Shown here in pieces: positions 29,781-34,623 of a stretch of DNA of 34,623 nt. A program made the position numbers and the translations under genes. Position 1 is the stretch's first letter; each line of letters opens with the position of its first letter. Origin of the DNA: Andalucia godoyi And28 (taxonomy: Eukaryota; Protista; Jakobida); NCBI GenBank assembly GCA_009859145.1, contig VRVR01000035.1:203084-237706 (forward strand). The letters run 5' to 3'. The notes below the pieces were generated by a model that saw nothing but the letters and a program-made list of their open reading frames with translations, made no database searches and was not told the DNA's origin.

Positions 29781-30026
29781 TTAGTATTTACGATTAATTT
29801 CAGCAACGTCGAACTGCAAACTGTTGCTGGTGAAAAAGTCCACGCAAAAAGACCGGGTGTCAGAAGGCTTTTCAAGAACGATTTTCTTGGTTAATGCATC
29901 GATCATTTCAGACAGCGCTGGGTGTGTTCGAATGTACTTTTCCGCATCGATTCGAAACTGCACTTTTTGAGAGTTGAGAGCGGACTGCTCATCCATCGAT
30001 AGCACTTTAGAAGAAGAAGAAGACAT
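29781..30026 (-). CDS. Small RIIa/Dpy-30-type docking-domain protein, RIIAD1-like (81 aa)
   Basis: MSSSSSKVLSMDEQSALNSQKVQFRIDAEKYIRTHPALSEMIDALTKKIVLEKPSDTRSFCVDFFT follows the RIIAD1 pattern LS.EQ...L...K+..RI..EKY+R.H......+.......+.++P.+...F..D+FT. Confidence 0.75.
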   Translation of the reverse strand: MSSSSSKVLSMDEQSALNSQKVQFRIDAEKYIRTHPALSEMIDALTKKIVLEKPSDTRSFCVDFFTSNSLQFDVAEINRKY

Positions 30027-30460
30027 GGGTGTCTGTTCCTGTTTCGTCGTCCACAGCAGCAAGCAACTTTTCTCCTCTCCCCCCTTTTTTTAAATTACAA
30101 AATACCTTGATCTTTTCCTTGTTTTTTTACGCTTCTCTGTTTTCTTTTCTTTTCTTTTCTTTTTTATTATAAAAATAATGAAATTAATCGTGTGTGTGTG
30201 TGGGCGAGCGTTGATGAGCAGCAAAATTCAAACATCTTCTTGGGTCTCTTTCTCCATTCTCAAAAAAAAACAGACGTTTCATTTGGAGGTGAGGAAAAAA
30301 AGATCCGGCGACAGGTCGGACATTAGACAACGGAAGAAGAAACACGACAGGAGCTTATTTTCCCGATAATGGGGGGCAATTTGCGGCTGGAAGGTCGGGG
30401 GAAAGGACTTGATTCAAAAACGTCAAGTGCCGATTCACTCTCACAGTCCAACAAAACCAA

Positions 30461-30492
30461 TGCATGCATGCACGCACGCACGCACGCACGCA
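30461..30492. repeat. (TGCA)3(CGCA)5 alternating purine-pyrimidine tract, near (CAA)n, (CTT)n and (TTA)n microsatellites
   Basis: Direct reading, in the divergent intergenic region 30027-30831. Confidence 0.9.
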
Positions 30493-30831
30493 CAGCCACG
30501 AACAACAACAACAGCAAGAACGGGTGACGGCACTTCCCAGTGCACTGTCTGCTTCCAATTTCCGATACAATCAAAATACTTTCCGTTTTCGGTTCTTCTT
30601 CTTCTTCTTCTTCTTACCCTGCTGTGCGAACAGTGAGTTTTAAGCGAGACTAATTTTTCGACTGGCTCTTTTGTTTTTGTTTCTTTCGGTTTTTGATTCT
30701 TCTTCACTATTATTGTTATTATTATTATTGCTTATACTTCAGAGTGACCTACTGAAACAAAACAAAAAGAGAAGAGAAGAGAGAACAAAAAGAAGACGCT
30801 GGGAAGGGGGGAAAAAAGGAAAATAAGAGTA

Positions 30832-32811
30832 ATGAGGGTCGGATATCCGGTCAGGTTGGCTGTGTGTAGGTGCATCATCGTCTTGTTGTTGCTCGTGGTG
30901 ATGGCGGCGCGTTTTGGGGCGGGTGATCTCATCGTGGAGACGACAACTGGGGTGTTTCAAGGGGGACTGGAACCGGATGTGGATACGGTGGCCACGTTCA
31001 GAGGGATTCCGTTTGCGAAGCCTCCTGTGGGTTCTTTGCGGTGGAAGTCTCCGCAGCCGTTCGTGTCGGACGATCCCACTGTGCAGCAAGCAACGCAGTT
31101 CAAAGGCCCGTGTTCCCAGTATTCAACGGAGACGAGCTCGTTGATCGGACAAGAGGACTGTCTGTATCTGAACATCTGGGCTCCCATTTCGGTCGTGCCG
31201 AACACCAGTGCTGCTAGTGCTGCTACTGCCGCCGCAAACGACAATCGCGGAAATGAAAAGTTGGTTCCGGTGATGTTTTGGATCACGGGTGGTGGATTCG
31301 TCCGAGCAGATCCAACCTCTCCTGACTACTCGGGAAAAAATTTTGTGGCGGAGCGCGGGTCGGTGATCTTCGTTTCGTTTAACTACAGGGTAGCAGCATA
31401 CGGATTCTTGACTTTGCCGGAGCTCTCGGCAGAGTCTCGCAGTGGATCGTCAGGGATGTACGGGTTTGAGGACCAAAGGGCGGCGTTGCAGTGGGTTAGG
31501 GCGAACATCCGCCAGTTTGGCGGTGATCCAAACAGAATAACAATGATCGGACAGTCCGCAGGAGCCATTTCAACGTGTGCTCATATTGCAAGTCCTCTTT
31601 CTACCGGGCTGTTCCACTCTGCGATACTGATGTCTGGTGGATGTGATGTCATCCAGGAAACACAAGCACAGAGATTCGAAACGGGATTTTTGTTTGCACA
31701 GTATGCGAATTGCGCGGCGACGGATCTGAGCTGCTTGCGATCGCTATCAGTGTCCGACATATTCACGGTTTCGGCCAAAATGAATGCGTCCATCATTTTT
31801 TCTCCAACGCAGTTTGGGCCTGGAATTGACGGCGTCAATCTGATGGATTACAATTCGCTGTCACTTGGGCAGCGCATCGCACAGGGCAGTTTCAAACCCG
31901 TCCCCGTACTTATCGGAAGCACAAAGGACGAGATGAGCCTGTTTGTTGCGACGAATCCCGTTCTGCTTGGCATCAACGAGCAGACGTATCCGTTCTACGT
32001 GGCCAAGTTCACCAATAACATTCCAGAGTTGGTGGATATGTACGTCCCGTACACGAAAGTCGCATCCAATCCTCGAGACGCGCTGGTTATCATGTCTTCC
32101 GAATCTGTGTTCATATGTTCTTCTCGTCGCTTTGCGAGGAGCGTCGCTGCATTGAACATTCCCGTTTATTCATACCAGTGGTCCCATGCACCACAGAATG
32201 GAAGTCTGACTGCAGAAACGTGGACAGGTGCGTATCATTTCTCGGACGTGCCTTTCGTCTTCGGAACCGTGCCGGATTCGGGGGGCGTTGTCTATTCTCT
32301 TTCTCCTGCAGAATTACTGCTCAGTCGACGAATGCGTCTGTACTGGTTGAATTTTGTAGAGTCGCAAGGGGCTTCTCCTAATGCAGCTTTCGATCCGTTG
32401 AAGGAAGAAACGCTAGCAGATAGTCTCAATCAACAGCCGTGGCCCTTGTACAGGCTGTCCACGGACGAGTACATGGTGTTCGATACGCCTGCTTACATTT
32501 TCAATGTCACTGCTGGACTGCACCTGCCCCGCTGTGACACATGGGACAGAGTTCTCCTCGGCTCCTCCTCGTACTCTTTCCTGAATCCACTGACTCCTGG
32601 CGTGCAAACCACAACGGGCTCCAATTCGAACGACGCTTCGGATTCCAACCAAGTTCGAGCATCGCTCGCACTTGCCATCATCTCAATCATTTTGAGTTTC
32701 GGCTTACTCGTGGCATGGATTGTGTTCACTTTGCGGAATTCATTGAAATCCAGGCGCCACGGATCCATTTCTGAAGCCTACTTGAGTGCTCCTCTTAGGC
32801 AACGAGTTTAA
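30832..32811 (+). CDS. Type-B carboxylesterase with signal peptide and C-terminal transmembrane helix
   Basis: FRGIPFAKPPVGSLRWKSPQ, EDCLYLNIW, WITGGGF (oxyanion hole), NYRV..YGFL, FGGDPNRITMIGQSAG (catalytic Ser), GSTKDE (Glu), GAYHFSDVPFVFG (His), and TM LALAIISIILSFGLLVAWIVFTL. Confidence 0.93.
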   Translation: MRVGYPVRLAVCRCIIVLLLLVVMAARFGAGDLIVETTTGVFQGGLEPDVDTVATFRGIPFAKPPVGSLRWKSPQPFVSDDPTVQQATQFKGPCSQYSTETSSLIGQEDCLYLNIWAPISVVPNTSAASAATAAANDNRGNEKLVPVMFWITGGGFVRADPTSPDYSGKNFVAERGSVIFVSFNYRVAAYGFLTLPELSAESRSGSSGMYGFEDQRAALQWVRANIRQFGGDPNRITMIGQSAGAISTCAHIASPLSTGLFHSAILMSGGCDVIQETQAQRFETGFLFAQYANCAATDLSCLRSLSVSDIFTVSAKMNASIIFSPTQFGPGIDGVNLMDYNSLSLGQRIAQGSFKPVPVLIGSTKDEMSLFVATNPVLLGINEQTYPFYVAKFTNNIPELVDMYVPYTKVASNPRDALVIMSSESVFICSSRRFARSVAALNIPVYSYQWSHAPQNGSLTAETWTGAYHFSDVPFVFGTVPDSGGVVYSLSPAELLLSRRMRLYWLNFVESQGASPNAAFDPLKEETLADSLNQQPWPLYRLSTDEYMVFDTPAYIFNVTAGLHLPRCDTWDRVLLGSSSYSFLNPLTPGVQTTTGSNSNDASDSNQVRASLALAIISIILSFGLLVAWIVFTLRNSLKSRRHGSISEAYLSAPLRQRV

Positions 32812-33012
32812 CACCATCCCCTAAAAAACATCATGTACAAACTATAGAAAACAATACAAGAAGAAACTATCGTCACATACACAGCATTCTTGTCGGATTT
32901 TGCACACATTCTCCGCAACCAACAAATATATATATAAATTATAAATAAAAATGAACCAACCTTCGTGCACACCTGCAAAACCTGGTTTTCCCCTTCCGTT
33001 TTGCGTCTGCTC

Positions 33013-34425
33013 TCATTCGACAGCAGCGGGAGAAAAGCTTGCGGCGCCCGACTTGGCTAGTGCCAAGGAAGAGGACAATCTGTGCGCAAAATACATAAAT
33101 GGTAGAGCCAAGACTTGAAACGAGCACATAATGATTCCGAAGCACAAGAACAAAGAGCCCGAATCGAGAGAATACGCTGCAACGATCGCCTGAATCACGG
33201 TTTGCAAGGTGAGCGACAAAATGGAAACTGTACAGAATGTTTCTCCGTAATGCTTGGACTCGGTATACGTGGCAATCAATGCCGAGTCAAGTGCATTGCA
33301 ATGCTCCAAAAACCCCACATACAGTACGTACAAGCATATCGACAGGGTTAGAGAATCCACAAAGCTTTCTCCAACAAGAATGCTTCCGCCAAGCAACGGA
33401 AAAATCAATAGATCAAAACCGGATTTGACACCGTAGGTCGCATCAAACAACTTTGCCCCTCCGGATGCCAGCGCACCGAGGGATCGTGCACCCGCTGAAG
33501 CCCAGCCATTGAGCCGTTCATCCGGGCTAATCTCATAGAATAAATTGGTAATATAGTTGTATACAAGATTGTGGACAGCCATAATCACCACGAAAAACAA
33601 AGCACAATACCGCAGTGTTGCATGATTGCAAATGAACAGAAGTGTTTCCCACGATATCCGAAACCACAAACCAATCGATTCCGACACCATTGCACCAAAG
33701 GATTTCTTCGCCTTTCCGCTTTCGCTCCCCCTTTCCATCGTTGATTCTTCAGATACTGATGCAGTCTCTCCAGCTGGATCGTTGTGTGGACCGATTGTTG
33801 ACGGTTCGTCGCTGCCGAGCAAAGTAGTTTCCAAAGCCGAATCTGCAGGTGCGGGAACCACCGGGTCGACAGCAGGCAGGACAAACAGCGCAAACAGCGC
33901 AGAAAGGAAAATGGACACTGCTGAAATGTAGAAGAGGACAGAAAGACTCGCATTTCCGTAGGACAAGAGCATCTGGCCTAGAAGAGCGGCAAGAACGTGC
34001 GCAATGAGCATTGCAGAGTGTGTCAGCGACGACATTTTGCTGAATTCTTCTTGAGGAACATGGGTGTAAATGTATCCAAAGAAGACGGATTCGCAGGCTT
34101 CTCCAATTCCGTAGAATACTTGCATGATTTGCATCGGAGCTACTTGTCCGTGAGGTGCATACAAGAGCAATAAGCGAACGACGACCCTGGCAAGAGACCC
34201 CAGTACAAGGGCCCCCTTGTATCGCAAGACCCGCTCTGACAGCGGAGCCAAGATGATCAAGCTGCACAGTGCACTGTACGTGTACACTGGATAGACCTTA
34301 TTGTTCAGATCGTCTTCGGACAACCCAACATCATCGATCAGGTAGTTTGTGAGAAACGGCTCAGACGGCTTGAAATGAACCAAGAATTCATATGCTGTAG
34401 CTGCATAATCGAACCGGATTTTCAT
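33013..34425 (-). CDS. SLC19: Reduced folate carrier / thiamine transporter family (SLC19, MFS)
   Basis: YEFLVHFKPSEPFLTNYL...VYPVYTYSAL, MQIMQVFYGIGEACESVFFGYIY, about 12 hydrophobic segments and a large central loop. The KPSEPFL motif is typical of SLC19. Confidence 0.88.
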   Translation of the reverse strand: MKIRFDYAATAYEFLVHFKPSEPFLTNYLIDDVGLSEDDLNNKVYPVYTYSALCSLIILAPLSERVLRYKGALVLGSLARVVVRLLLLYAPHGQVAPMQIMQVFYGIGEACESVFFGYIYTHVPQEEFSKMSSLTHSAMLIAHVLAALLGQMLLSYGNASLSVLFYISAVSIFLSALFALFVLPAVDPVVPAPADSALETTLLGSDEPSTIGPHNDPAGETASVSEESTMERGSESGKAKKSFGAMVSESIGLWFRISWETLLFICNHATLRYCALFFVVIMAVHNLVYNYITNLFYEISPDERLNGWASAGARSLGALASGGAKLFDATYGVKSGFDLLIFPLLGGSILVGESFVDSLTLSICLYVLYVGFLEHCNALDSALIATYTESKHYGETFCTVSILSLTLQTVIQAIVAAYSLDSGSLFLCFGIIMCSFQVLALPFMYFAHRLSSSLALAKSGAASFSPAAVE

Positions 34426-34623
34426 CGTTGCTGCAGCTCTTTCCTCCTATTCCTTCTTCTTCTACTGATTCTGAGCACGACGCTACAGCTACAAACTACA
34501 ACTAATACGATTACCGCTTCACAAAAAAACACATCTAGAGTCACCAGTGGCTTCTATTTCGAAGCACACAGACGAAACACGAATGAAAAACAAGCACGAT
34601 CACAAGTTCAGAAAGAAAGAGAA

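Noticed and set aside
33013-34425. SLC19 carrier as the cobalamin importer for EutBC
   Set aside because: Characterised SLC19 members carry folates, thiamine or pyridoxine rather than B12, and the gene is about 26 kb from eutBC.

Overview
Gene-dense eukaryotic (protist-like) nuclear DNA with about 18 mostly intronless protein-coding genes, short AT- or pyrimidine-rich intergenic spacers and several (CT)n/(CA)n microsatellites. The few spliceosomal introns have GTATG(T/C) donors and usually CT(A)AY branch points. Recognisable genes: DDB1 (with a reconstructed first exon), PGS1, a long-chain acyl-CoA synthetase, a DUSP23-like phosphatase, an SLC19 folate/thiamine carrier, a membrane-anchored type-B carboxylesterase, a RIIAD1-like docking-domain protein, a TCAIM/DUF4460-like protein and a spliced secreted lysozyme-like protein. 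Three signals stand out. (1) A complete single-chain EutB-EutC ethanolamine ammonia-lyase, a bacterial adenosylcobalamin radical enzyme, is embedded in eukaryotic DNA. It is divergently paired with a bacterial-type DUF2892-like membrane protein and flanked by a lysozyme and an alpha/beta hydrolase, a possible horizontally acquired prey-digestion/ethanolamine module. (2) An 1831-aa HEAT-repeat protein has a C-terminal half resembling animal UNC80 of the NALCN channel complex. (3) A beta-propeller protein may be a remote FAAP100 homologue and seems to need a 25-nt micro-intron or a frameshift correction. All family assignments come from motif recognition by eye and memory; no database search was run. 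The host lineage cannot be determined from this window beyond a probably flagellated, phagotrophic, intron-poor protist.
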